A DNA stretch of 64,000 bases from Methanobrevibacter sp. GTDB taxonomy: Archaea > Methanobacteriota > Methanobacteria > Methanobacteriales > Methanobacteriaceae. The notes below the pieces were generated by a model. That model was not told the DNA's origin and did not search any database. It saw only the letters and a list, made by a program, of their open reading frames with translations. The stretch covers positions 12,464 to 76,463 of the forward strand of contig JAILDN010000004.1 in NCBI GenBank assembly GCA_024689425.1, read 5' to 3'. Made by a program: the position numbers and the translations under genes. The stretch's first letter is position 1. Every line of letters starts with the position of its first letter. This document shows positions 63,973 through 64,000 of this stretch, one piece after another.

Positions 63973-64000
63973 TTTCTCAACTCTTAATTATATATAATAC

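Noticed and set aside
1-64000. CRISPR array or cas genes
   Set aside because: No regularly spaced direct repeats seen. The 19-bp motif is dispersed over 50 kb, and the DinG-like helicase has no cas neighbours.

Overview
AT-rich archaeal chromosome segment from a hydrogenotrophic methanogen of the Methanobacteriales, most likely Methanobrevibacter. This is inferred from HdrA, DmrX, an MsvR-like regulator divergent from fprA, archaeal information-processing genes and a bacterial-style glycan locus. Bases 1-50,000 are mostly housekeeping: polC 3' end, nrdD, rpl21e-rpoF-DUF655-rsmA-hemK, dapF-lysA, argD, srp54-pus10-moaC-secG-hisF-ogg, hpt-dph2-csl4-rpoL-nudix-tfs, tRNA-Arg(TCG), an XPD/DinG helicase, cobI, msvR/fprA/rubrerythrin-like, ileS-purL-moeA, a bacterial-type metK, glyA-dmrX, hdrA and rpa-radA. 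One tnpB-only IS200/IS605 element (10716-12234) has both end hairpins, intact RuvC residues and a readable guide, and it appears to have inserted into the terminator of the cyclophilin gene. Bases 50,083-63,972 are a surface-glycan cluster (WcaJ-like initiator, TagF-like enzyme, many glycosyltransferases) that may continue beyond the window. The most striking unexplained signal is a 19-bp non-palindromic motif (TTACTTATCAAATGCTCTT) found four times, always intergenic and always upstream of and co-oriented with a DNA-metabolism gene (nrdD, tnpB, helicase, rpa-radA). The nrdD promoter also carries an MsvR-like inverted repeat. No CRISPR array, rRNA or intein was seen. Family assignments are by motif recognition only; no searches were run.
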